Positions 36,095-47,965 of a stretch of 47,965 bases of DNA are shown here, in pieces (the stretch's first letter is position 1; the number at the start of each line of letters is the position of its first letter). Origin of the DNA: Chiloscyllium plagiosum. Taxonomy: Eukaryota. Made by a program: the position numbers and the translations under genes. Under the pieces are notes generated by a model. The model had not been told where the DNA came from and searched no databases. It saw only the letters and a list, made by a program, of their open reading frames with translations. Where the stretch lies: assembly GCF_004010195.1 (NCBI RefSeq), contig NC_057719.1, positions 55,283,077-55,331,041 of the forward strand, in the 5' to 3' direction.

Positions 36095-38419
36095 AACTAT
36101 TTTTAACTCTTTAACATTGAATCATCAGATTTAACCTAGCTAATTATGGGTAATGTTACTTTTACCAAAAAAAACTAGGTTTTGAAAGTAGTGCAAGCTG
36201 ATGTTTGGGCTCTTAAGGTGTATGATTTCAACATGACAGGATGTGGTGTGTAAACCCATCTGAGAAAACATCAAAATGTTTGTTCAACAGAAATAATTTG
36301 TATTTACACAACTACTTCAGGCTGAACCCCAGTCAATGTTACATTAAATGTTTTACTCCAATACAAATGGTCTCACATGGAAAATTATTTAGGAACTACT
36401 CAGGTTACTAGGGCAAGCAGAATTTAACAAATGGTGTGCTCATGCTGTCACTGTAGCTCAGCCTCCTATTGCACTGCAATTGATCCAGGTATGAGAACCT
36501 AATCACTTTTAAATTACTTCTTCCTTCACTTTTTCACATTGTGACACTCCATCGTGTTATAGCAGATATAGATTTATAATTATAAAGGTGTATAACAATT
36601 TAACAGATTTACAGAATATAAGTGTTTATATTCCATCATAGACAATAATAAGAGTCATGCTCAAAATGTTAGAATTCTGAGTAATATGCAATTGCATCTT
36701 GTTAGTACCTTTAACATAGTGAAACATTCCAAGGATGGAGACAACAAGGATTTGCCTTCCTTCCCAAATGTGAATTCCTAATCTTAGTTGTGGAGTTACA
36801 GTTAAAAAATAATAAGCTGAACTCAGCATTTTCTCAGTGGGCTGAAGGTTGAGCAAATGTGAAGGGGACAGTGGTGCATTTGACACATTTCATACATGGC
36901 CTAGCCAAACACCAGCAAACAGATTACAAACCTGTTTCTGGTGTCAGTGAAAAACCTTTGACATGCTAAAAGAAACATAGTGAGAAAATATTAAAGTGCT
37001 TATGATAAAAACGAGTAAAAAAGTTGGCATCAATTACAATTTGCACTGTTCATCTTTTCAAGACAGAAGAAATTAAGGTGCAACATGAAATATATTTACA
37101 TACCTAATTTGCCTTGGAAAAAAATAAGCTGAGGTAAGCCAATTTAAGGAATTTAGCAACTCTCTAAATGTAACTTTCAGATTTTTCTAAAACTGTTGAA
37201 CTTTGTCTATACCATTCCGGGGTGGGGGGATTTCATTTAGTTTCTAAATCCTAAGAAAGATAGAAAAGTGACTTGCTCTGCTGATACAGAGCTGTGTCAG
37301 ATTGATAAGAGTATCTCCACATTGCACAGTAACCTATTTGATATGCATTGTTTGATACAGCGGCATATCTTAAGTAGAAAGGATTTATTGACAACACCAG
37401 TGTCAGTCAATGCACTAAAAGTATTGAACCCTGTTTGCCCTTGGCCCTGTGAGAGGCTGCACATCACAGACCTCTCACCACAAGAACTGATTAGATTTAT
37501 AGGAGATTTCTGATGGTGATGAAATGCCAGAAATGAAAACCATAGGTGAAAAATATTCAATCTTGTTCCTAATGGGCCCATGACCCTATAACCATCCGTA
37601 CACAAGGCATTATCATGCAAAAGCTGCCAAACAATCATTAGGTGATGGAATATTTCTGCTAAAGGCCAAATTATTGATGCCAGTAACAACGGATGACTAC
37701 TAGATTTATTGTAAGCAATAAAGGGTAATTAAGTTAATATATATTACGTCAATTTATATCTGGATGAGGCTCCTGTTAAAGTGAATCTTCTAAGAATCTG
37801 ATTACTTATTCTGCAATTTCAACATCTGAAGTATTTAGATATCCATTCTAATAGTTTATATGGACTTTTTACCAGGCAAACACATTGTTGTTTCACAAAG
37901 TAGAAATGTTTGTTAAATAAATGTAGACTCTGCCTTAATAACTAAAAATGATTCTGACACCAAATAAATAATCAATGCTTTCATTTACCTCTATCAACCA
38001 ATTCATAAATACCAGTCACAAAGTTCAATTATGTTGCCAAGCACATTTAAATGTGCTTATTTATCTGTTACCTTACCCAAATCAATTATGAAAGCAGTCA
38101 GTATCCCTCAAGTGCAGATATAAAACCATTATGGCTAATTTTCCAATCTATTTAACAACACAGATGAAATAAAGCACATTGATCTGATAATAAAACACTT
38201 GGCATTTGTTATCCATGTCCTTGCTACTCTTTCAACTGAATGCCAAAAGATTGATTAATTGATCAACCACAAACATATACATTAATTTATTGCTTTCACA
38301 ATGGAATAATGCTAGTGCTAATCAGTTGGTCAAGCATTGTTATATTGAGTCAATATTTCAAATGTAAATCATGTATTAGTTCTGAGAATGGGCCAAGTGT
38401 ACACCTGATAGTTCTTAAA

Positions 38420-41400
38420 TGTTACAAATGTGTCTATCTCTACCACCCTTTCAGGTAGTGAGTTCCAAATTCCCACCAGCCACTGGGTGAAAATGTTTTT
38501 CTTCACATCTTGTTTAAAACACCCTCCTCTTTAATTAAGTATATGCCCAGGTGTTTAATCACTCCACTAAGGGGAAAAGTTTCTTCCTGCTGACCAGACC
38601 AACAATTTTATATATCTCAATCATTTCCACCTTTAGTCTCTTCTGTTCCAAGGAAAATAACCCCAGTCTGTCCAATCTCTCTTCATAACTAAAACTCTCC
38701 AGCCTTGGCAACATCCTGATCAATCTCCCCTGCACCTTCTCAAGTACAAACACACCCCTCCTACAACATAGATTTCAGAACTGTACACAATACTCTCTTT
38801 GTGGCCTAACCAACAGTTTATACAATTCCAGCATCACCTCCCTGCCCTTAAACTGTATGTCTCAGCTATTAAAGGCAAGTATCCCATATGCTTTCTTAAC
38901 CACTCTAACTACCTGTTCTGCTACCTTAATGGACCAGTGGACATGCACACCAAGGTCCCTCTGATTCTTGGTGTTTCCTGTGGTCCTACCATTTATCATG
39001 CATTCCGTTGTCTTGTTTATATGCATCATTATGCACTTAACCAAACTGAATTCCCTTTGGCACTGCTCAGTCTCCTGGTTGGGGAGGATAGTTCATAGTG
39101 TCCTACAGCATGGAGACAGAGCCTTTGGCTCAAACTGGTCCATGCCAACCAAAATATCCATCCGCTCTAACCCTATTTCCCTGCACTTGGCTAATATCCT
39201 TCTAAATCTATCCATGTATTTGCTCAAATGCCTTTTAAATATTGTTAATGTACCCACCTCCACTGGCAACTCATTCCATGTACGCACCACCCTCTGTATA
39301 AAAACAGTTTCCCCTCTAATCGTAAACTGATGCCCTCAAGTCCTTGATTCCCCAACCCTGGGAAAAAGACTAAATACTTTCACCTTATCCATGTCTCTCA
39401 CAATCTTATACACTTCTGTAAGATCCCCCCTCAGTCTCCTACACTCTAAAGAAAAAAGTCCTAGCTTGTCCAACTTCTTCCTATAACTCAGATCCTTGAG
39501 TCCTGGCAATGTCTTTGTAAATTTCTTCTGCATGTGTTCCAGTTTAATAACATCCTTCCTATAGCAAGGTGATCAAAATTGAACATAATACTCCAAGTGG
39601 GGCCTCATCAACATTCTGTATAATTACAGCATAACTTCCCAACTTCTATACTCAATGCCCTAACTGATGAAGGCCAGTGTGCAAAAAGTCTTCTTCATTG
39701 CCCTTTCTACCTGTGATTCCACTTTCAGAGAACCGTGCACCTGAACTCCAAGGTACCTTAGGGCCATACATTCACAATGAAATGCTTACCTTGATTTGAC
39801 TTTCCAAAATGCAAGACCTCACACTTATTTATATTAAACTCCCTTTGCCATTTCTTGGCCCACTTCCCCAGTTGATCAGGGTCCTGCTGGAATTTCTGAT
39901 AATCTTCCTCAATGTTCATAATACCGCCTGAAACGTCGACTCTCCTGCTTCTCGGATGCTGTCTGACCTGTCGTACTTTCCCAGTGACATGCAGGTCCTT
40001 GGACTCCTCCATCGCCAGATTATAGCAACACGACGGCTGGAGGAAGAGCGCCTCATCTTCCGCCTAGGAACCCTCCAACCACAAGGGATGAACTCAGATT
40101 TCTCACTTTCCTCATTCCTGAAGAAGGGCTCATGCCCGAAACGTCGATTCTCCTGCTCCTTGGATGCTGCCTGACTTGCTGCGCTTTTCCAGCAACATAT
40201 TTTCAGCTCTGATCTCCAGCATCTGCAGTCCTCACTTTCACCTAGTGCTTTTCCAGTGCCACACTTTTCAACAGTGATCTTCAGCATCTCCCAATCTTAT
40301 TAATTCTACCTTGTACATTCTCATCCAGTCATCGATATAGGTAACAAACAGCAATGGGCCCACCACCAACCGCTGAGGCACTCCACTAGCCACAGGCCTC
40401 CAGTCAACAAGTACCCTTACACTACTACCCTCTGCTTCCTATCATCAAGCCAACTGTGTATCCAATTTACCAGCTCCCCCCGGTTCCATATGATCTAACC
40501 TTCCAGGGTAGCCTACCATGTGGAATTTTATAAAAGGCCTTACTGATATCCATATGGACTACATCTACCACCCTGCGCTCATCAACCTTACTGGTCACTT
40601 CATCAAAGAACTCTAACAAATTTGTGAGGCATGATCTCCCACTCACAAAGACATGCTGACTACTCCTAATCAAACTCTATCTTTCCAAATGCATGTATAT
40701 CTTATCCCTCAGAATCTTCTCAAGTAACTTACCTACCACAGATTACTGGTCTATAGTTCCCAGGCTTTTCTTTGCAGCCGTCCTTGAATAAGGGCACATT
40801 TGTTGCCCTCCAGTCTTCTGGGACCTCACTGTGGCTAACGATGTTGAAAGAATATCAGCCAGGGCCCCACAATTTTTTCTCTAACCTCTTGCAATGTTCT
40901 TGGATATATCTGGTCAAAACCAGGAGATTTATCCAATTACATACATTCTAATACGCCCAACACCTCCTCAGCTGTGATATGGACTATCCCCAAGATATGA
41001 CCACAACCTTCCCCAAGTTCCCAAGTCTTCATGTCTTTCTCCACCTTAAACACAGAAGAGAAATACTCACTGAGGACCTCGCCCATCTCCTGCAGTTCTA
41101 CATATACATGTCTACCTTGACCCTAGAAGGATCCTATTCTCTCTTTAGTTAATTAAAGAACCTCTTTGGATTCACCCTAACCTTCTCAGCCAAGGGTATT
41201 TCATGCCCCCTTTTGCCCTCCTGATTTCCTATTGATTCCCTTGATCCCAGTGCCTATACCTAAACCATACCTCCTTCTTTTTTCTGGTCAAAGCCTCAAT
41301 ATCTCTTTTCATCCAGGGATCCCTATTCCTGTCAACCTTACCTTTCACCCTCACAAGAACGTATAGACCTTGAACTCTAGCTATCTCACTTTTAAAGTCC

Positions 41401-42728
41401 TCCCACTCGCTGGAGGTCTCTTTGCCTGCAAACAACTACTCCACTCAACTACTCCACTATATCTGAAACTTGAAAGGGTTCAGAAAAGATTTACAAGGAT
41501 GTTGCCAGGGTTGGAGGATTTGAGCTATAGGAAGAGGTTGAATAAGCTGGGGCTTTTTTTCCCTGGAGCGTCAGAGGCTGAGGGGTGACCTTATAGAGGT
41601 TTACAAAATTATGAGGGTGTATGGAATGAGCTGTCAGAGGAAGTGGTGGAGGCTGGTACAATTGCAACATTTAAAAGGCATCTGGATGGGTATATGAATA
41701 GTAAGGGTTTGGAGGGATATGGGCCGGGTGCTGGCAGATCGGACTAGATTGGGTTGGGATATCTAGTCGGCATGTTGGACCAAAGGGTCTGTTTCAGTGC
41801 TGTACATCTCTATGACTCTATAACCCCTGTAATAGAGTCTAATTCCATCAAAATTGGCCTTGCTCCACTTTAGCACTTGAACCTGTGGACCAGTTTTATC
41901 TGTCTCCAAAACTATTTTAAAATTAATAGAATTATGGTCACTGGTTCCAAAGTGCTCCACCACTGTCACCTTCATCACCTGTCACCTGAGCTGGCTCATG
42001 TTGGGAGATGTTCAGGCAGTCAAGGGATAGTTGGGTGTTGTCAAGTTAGATCACAACATTCTTCTTGTAGCAGGGAGACCAGAATTGCACACAGTATTCC
42101 AAAAGTGTCCAAGCTAATGTCCCATACAGCCATAACATCCCAACTCCTATACTCAATGCACTGACCAATAAAGGTAAACATACCAAACGCCTTCTTTACT
42201 ACTGTCTACCTGTGACTCTGTTTTCAAGGAACTATGAACCCACATTCCCAAGGTCTCTTTGTTCAGCAACACTGGCCATGACTTTTAACATTCAGTAAAA
42301 ATGTCCTGCCCTGACATGCCTTTCCAAAATGCAGTACCTCACATTTATCTAAGTTAAAGTCCATCTGCCAATCCTCAGCCCACCTGCCCATCTGATCAAA
42401 ATCCCATTGTAATCTGAGGTAACCTTCTTAGCTATCCACTACACTTCCAATTTTGGTGTCATCTGCAAACTTAGTAACCATACCTCCTATGTTCACATCC
42501 AAATCATTTATATAAATGACAAAAGCAATGGACCCAGCACTGACCCTTGAGGCACACAGTTGGTCACAGGCCTCCAGTCTGAAAAGCATCCTCCACTATC
42601 ACCTTCTGTCTCCTATCTTTGAGACAGTTCTGTATCCAAAAGGCTAGTTCTCCCTGTATTCCATGTGCTGTAACCATGCTAACCAGACTATCATGTGGAA
42701 CCTTGTCAAATGCCTAACTGAAGTCCAT
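38420..42728 (-). mobile_element. Cluster of nested CR1 LINE fragments, mostly minus strand; one + copy at ~41460-41822
   Basis: Minus ORFs: LEKVQGRLIRMLPRL...ERLDRLGLFSLE; SQHVFVSGRSCLTNLLEFFDEVT...D.SKAF.KIPH; HFGTSDHNSI (endonuclease end). Confidence 0.9.
39926..40288 (+). mobile_element. Penelope-like tails nested inside CR1
   Basis: Encodes TRRLEEERLIFRLGTLQPQGMNSDF (GIY-YIG C-terminus); hammerhead motif at ~40118-40145. Confidence 0.9.
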
Positions 42729-42747
42729 AAGTAATTAGGAAGTATCT

Positions 42748-42996
42748 GAAGTACTTAAGTAGCTCACTGAGCTGGAGGGTTTGTTTTCAGACGTTTCCAC
42801 ACCATGACTAGGTAACACCATCAGCGAGAGTCTCCAGTGAGCGCTGGTGGTATGTCCCACCTCTCTATTTATACCACAAGCTCTTCACTGGAGACTCTTA
42901 CTGATGATGTTACCTAGTCATGGTGTGGAAACTTAACTTAAATGATGAAACATCTGAAAACAAGCCTTCCAGCTCAGCAAGCTAACTTACATACTT
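42748..42996. mobile_element. Palindromic hammerhead-bearing element, same family as 6401-6659
   Basis: 42748-42840 is the reverse complement of ~42885-42996; CTGATGATGTTACCTAGTCATGGTGTGGAAAC at 42901-42932. Confidence 0.7.
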
Positions 42997-45024
42997 ATCA
43001 TCAATCTGAGCTACAAAGCGTCTCAAAAATTGCTAATATCTGACTTCTCAGACTTGAATTCAGAGTCAAAGCCATGCTGAGAGAGTTCTGGGCAGTGGGT
43101 AATTTCATAGAAAAATGCTAAACTTCCACTATAATTCCCACATGGATTAGTATGTAAAGACTTTCATAGGTTTCTGACGCACACTAGGTCATAGATTTGA
43201 CATCTGATGATTCAATATCAAGTCACCAAATCGCTTCAATAGGTTTTCTTCTTTCTCTCCCTCCCACTATGTCTCAGTGTACTCCCCAGTTCTGTCATTG
43301 GGGTGGAGAACGTCTGCACAACATTAGAGCCCATTGCTCTGGACATTTGGTCAGGTAACCCCAGGGAATTTGTGTCTGGAAGGGTCAGACATGCCAAGGA
43401 GTTTCTTGCCAGAGGCAGGTTGACCCTCCATGACTTCAACTTCCTAGAGTAGGGGGTGTCAGACAGGATGGAGGTGGAGGACCTGGCCATTTCTGCAGTG
43501 TCCTTAGTGGAAATCTCTGAAGCATCTGCATGTGGTTCCTCATCTAACTGTGAGCCCGTGGGCAGTACCTATGATAAAGGGACAATAATACACTGCCAAT
43601 ATTGCACTGAAAGCCTAGCTTGCCCGAGATTGTGCAAGTCAAGTCACAGGGAGCACTTTAATTCACAGCCTTCTGGTTTAGCGACAAGAGGGCTCCCAAT
43701 CAATCAAGGCTGACAACGCAATTCATTCCTCAACTTCCACTTTCAGTAACAGTAAATGTATTTTCTTTCAAAAATCTTTTTTGTACAATGGTATTTATTG
43801 ATTTGTTTTTTAAAAAAAGGTCACTGTAAATGATAACTACAAGCCTCATTAAATTCTGGACTGAAGCAAGCATCCATATAGAATTCAAGATATAATTTAT
43901 CACAGAGAATGTAGTAATTTTTCATGAACTTATAATATTTTAATTTGCACATTATCCCCACAGAAGATTATATGATGCTAAAGGCAACTCATATACCTAG
44001 CTTAAAAAGATATGATGAACTGATTCCAAAATACAGTGAATTGATGGTGTAATCAGGAGAAAGGTCATTACTTTGAAACAATGATAAACTTTCTGTTAGA
44101 CTCAAAGTGACTCAGCTTTTTAATGGTTTCCTCAGACTTATTTTTTTATCAAATAAATGCACGTGCTCACTCACAAGTGTAACAATTATGCAACCACCAC
44201 TTTTTGTATAATAGAAAGCCAGTCACAACAACCTACAGTTTTCCAGAATGTTTTTAGCTTCAAGTCAAGCTGCTAAAGGTCACTGATAAAGTTTAAATTC
44301 CAGTGCTTCATGCAAATCCCTTGCAGCTTCAGTCTATAGAATAAAACTCGCCCTAAATTTAGCAATCTTGTCTTTAGGGAAAATTGTATTAACTTTTCTA
44401 AGAAGGGAGAAATGCAAGTGCTACCTTGGGAAATTGAGAGTATCTTTGTGATGTTGAAGTTCAGTTCTATTCAGCACTGTTACAGCATTCAAATTTAATT
44501 AGTTCCTTGGAAATGAATATCTTAATTGTCACAAGGCAATGCCCCTTTACTTTTTAAGATGTAATTTATTTTTAAACTTTTAACTGGAAGAAAGCTTTGC
44601 AGATTTGACTGAGACAAGACAAAGTGCTTAAATTTCAACAAACCCCCACCCTACTCCTCGAAGGTGGAGATGGGAGAATCAACAAATCAGCCCTAGCAGG
44701 AGGATGGAGTGGAATAAACTGCCTCCAAACCAGATCCATTAAACCCTTGTGCAGTGTCAGGAAGAGTGGATTTACAAACATGAAGCATTGGACATTGCCA
44801 ACTGTCTGTCAAAGAGAGACATACCCCTCCCAAAAATATTTCCAGAAGTATATATTGGAACTGATCCTTCAGAACAGTTAGATTACTGTGAGGAACTCTG
44901 ATGTCTTCATTGTTCCAGGTGGCTAACTACCTCAACAAGTGGAGCAGCTACCCTTGAGTAATGATAGTGAGGAGGAGCAACCATGAGGTACAAGGGATTG
45001 GCATATCAGAAAACACCCAGGGGT

Positions 45025-45129
45025 GCCCTGCCTCTCCACCGCCCTACCTCTCCACCCCCCGCCTCTCCACACCCCTGCCTCTCCACTGACTCTCCACCCA
45101 CTCTACCTCTACACTGCCTTTCCACACCC
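45025..45129. repeat. C-rich short tandem repeat (CCTGCCTCTCCAC-like) running into a gap
   Basis: CCTGCCTCTCCAC / CCTACCTCTCCAC / CCCGCCTCTCCAC repeated about 6 times. Confidence 0.7.
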
Positions 45130-45720
45130 NNNNNNNNNNNNNNNNNNNNNNNNNNNNNNNNNNNNNNNNNNNNNNNNNNNNNNNNNNNNNNNNNNNNNNN
45201 NNNNNNNNNNNNNNNNNNNNNNNNNNNNNNNNNNNNNNNNNNNNNNNNNNNNNNNNNNNNNNNNNNNNNNNNNNNNNNNNNNNNNNNNNNNNNNNNNNNN
45301 NNNNNNNNNNNNNNNNNNNNNNNNNNNNNNNNNNNNNNNNNNNNNNNNNNNNNNNNNNNNNNNNNNNNNNNNNNNNNNNNNNNNNNNNNNNNNNNNNNNN
45401 NNNNNNNNNNNNNNNNNNNNNNNNNNNNNNNNNNNNNNNNNNNNNNNNNNNNNNNNNNNNNNNNNNNNNNNNNNNNNNNNNNNNNNNNNNNNNNNNNNNN
45501 NNNNNNNNNNNNNNNNNNNNNNNNNNNNNNNNNNNNNNNNNNNNNNNNNNNNNNNNNNNNNNNNNNNNNNNNNNNNNNNNNNNNNNNNNNNNNNNNNNNN
45601 NNNNNNNNNNNNNNNNNNNNNNNNNNNNNTTAGAGTACGGTTCCTCCCAAACAAACAGGATGCTACTGACTATTAACAAACTTCCCCTTCCTGCAGTACT
45701 TCTTTCCCTTAAATGTTCTT

Positions 45721-46053
45721 TCATAGAATCCCAACCGCATGAAAATGGGCCATTTGGTCCATCTAGTCCACACCTCCCCTCCAAAGAGCATCCCAATGAG
45801 ACACAAGCCCCCTACCTTGTCCTTGTAATCCTGCCTTTCTCATGGCTAATCCACCTAGCCAGCATATCCTTAGACACTTTGGGCAATTTAGCAACTGCAC
45901 ATCTTTGGATTGTGAGAGGAAGCTGGAGCACCAGAGTAAACCCACGCAGACACGGGGAGAATGTGCAAATCCACACAGACAGTCACTCGAGGCTAGAATC
46001 GAACCCCAGTCTCTGGTGCTATGAGGCAGCAGTGCTAACCACTGAGCCATACC
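45721..46053 (-). mobile_element. HE1/V-SINE
   Basis: Reverse complement of the SINE at 31352: ACACGGGGAGAATGTGCAAA...GAGGCAGCAGTGCTAACCACTGAGCC. Confidence 0.85.
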
Positions 46054-47705
46054 TTAATATATTGAGTTGCCTTCTCTCTATCGCACCCCAGCACTCTGAT
46101 GCCAAGCCCCACAGGTGAGTTCCTCAGGCTCTCTCCCACAGCAGTGACCCCTGATAAACCCCCTCGAATTTTAGTGGATGGATTCCCAGGACTGACCGTG
46201 AACTTTGATTCATTTACTCGACCAGCCCTGAACAATGAGAGACCAGACCCCTGAATGATAGCTGCACAGCTCCTTGTACACGTTCCTGTGACTCCCTGGA
46301 CTGGTTGCAGTGGACCTGCAAGATATTGTAGAACCTCAGACCCCCTTGACCCTGATTGCCCTGAGTAGCTAACTGAGCATGTCCAAGTCCCTGGATTGAT
46401 ATCAGGGCTGTCCTGACCTATTTGCCAGGATCCCTTGCCTTAATGGTGTTTTCCTGAACTTGATTGAGACTCACCTTGGACTTTGAGACATGGTGGTTTG
46501 CTTGAAGCACATTCAATATGTTAGCCACATGTGCAACTGGCATAATGCGCAGGTGGAGCACAAGCTTAACATGACAGAGCACTGTGCCATACAGTAACAT
46601 TCCATTTCCTTGGCAGATGACTATTGGCAACCATGACATGTTACCTAGCTTTGTGTCTGCACTAAATAAGTAATGTGAGCCTTTAAGGTGTGCTTAATGG
46701 AAAAAAGCGCCAAAAGGCAAAGGAAAGCTACGATACTATGAGTGTTGAAGTAGGCACGTATTAATTTTGTGTTATGAGAACAAGAGAGTTTTCCTGAGAT
46801 ACAACCTGGTTGAATCCATGAGCTGGGTGCCTTTCCATGTGGACAAAACAGTGTTGCAACATCATTATAATGAAAAGTACCAGTCTGGTCAGAAATGCAG
46901 CATCGAAATGGGAACTGTACTGTAAGTGGATCATAATGAAATGGTGTAGTTAGGTGGCCAGCTGCATTGGTCAAGAGCTACAATCTGCATGCTGGGAATT
47001 TTGGTCAAGTTAGTTTAAACTCGGGCCTCAGTTAAACTATAGTCAGTTAAAGACATATTGTGACCTGCAGTTTCCTGTGTTGACTAAATAAGGCAAGTGT
47101 CATGGTGTTTCTAGACATTTTGGCACCATATTACCTTACATGGAGCATGAAATATCGCTGGTTTTGACTTGCTGTAAAAACTGGGATTTGTTTACCAGTA
47201 ATCTCTATTGGCTGGGATCGAACAATGTGATCAGGCTTTAATCAATTCATTGCTGAGTGCCAGAGATCTTTCTGGAAAGGAGCACATTTTCAGGTAAGTT
47301 GATAGAACAAAGGAATTTTCTCAGAAGAAGCCTCCCAGACCACACTTGAGAAGCATGTCACCTGAAGGATTTTTCAGAGAAGACAAAGAACCATGAGGCA
47401 AGATCTAATTATCTTATCAATTTTCTCTCTCCCTTCTTTCTTAACTAGTGTGGTAACATTTCTACCTTAAATTCTGCTGGAACATTTCCAGAATAGAAGG
47501 AATTTTGGAAGATGACCACCAATAGTCACCAAGTACAGCCACCTCTTTCACCTTTGGGATTTGAATCATCAGGTCCAGCAGATTCATCAATTTTCAATCA
47601 CATTAAAATCTCCAGGAATGTTGTTTCACACTTAATTCCTTACAATTCCTCATTCTTGCTAGTCTCCCAGTTCTCTAGAGCTCCTGGGGAGGTTTCCTTT
47701 GTCAA

Positions 47706-47965
47706 GACAATAGACAATAGACAATAGACAATAGACAATAGGTGCAGGAGTAGGCCATTCAGCCCTTCGAGTCTGCACCGCCATTCAATATAATCATGGC
47801 TGATCATTCCTAATCAGTATCCTGTTCCTGCCTTATCTCCATAACCCTTGATTCCACTATCTTGGAGAGCTCTATCCAAGTCTTTCTTAAATGAATCCAG
47901 AGAGTGGGCCTCCACTGCCCTCTGGGGCAGAGCATTCCACACAGCCACCACTCACTGGGTGAAGA
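47706..47965 (-). mobile_element. CR1 3' end with (CTATTGT)n tail
   Basis: (GACAATA)5, then GGTGCAGGAGTAGGCCATTCAGCCCTTCGAG...GGCAGAGCATTCCACACA...CTGGGTGAAGA. Confidence 0.85.

Noticed and set aside
43236..46640. GC-richer stretches (43236-43713, 46035-46640) as genes or a Harbinger-like relic
   Set aside because: No motif could be identified with confidence.

Overview
Vertebrate genomic DNA, repeat-rich, with five N-runs. It is most likely from a shark or other elasmobranch (inferred from the HE1/V-SINE, CR1 LINE, DeuSINE and Penelope repeat content). No host protein-coding exon could be supported. The centrepiece is a ~12.4-kb decayed class I (gamma/epsilon-like) endogenous retrovirus on the + strand (~13375-25811): 5'LTR, PBS, gag, pro, RT/RNase H/IN, env, PPT, 3'LTR. 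It carries two extra modules. (1) A 2H-phosphoesterase-like domain with two HxT motifs lies between protease and RT. (2) An EGF plus calcium-binding EGF pair sits inside the Env surface subunit, in the same reading frame as the Env signal peptide, the CxxC motif and the furin site; this is the most unusual feature. Also present: many Penelope-like element tails with minimal hammerhead ribozyme motifs, two long ribozyme-bearing hairpins, a solo LTR with a 4-bp TSD, an 18S rRNA fragment inside a DeuSINE, a 44-bp minisatellite, and many CR1 and Tx1 LINE and SINE fragments.
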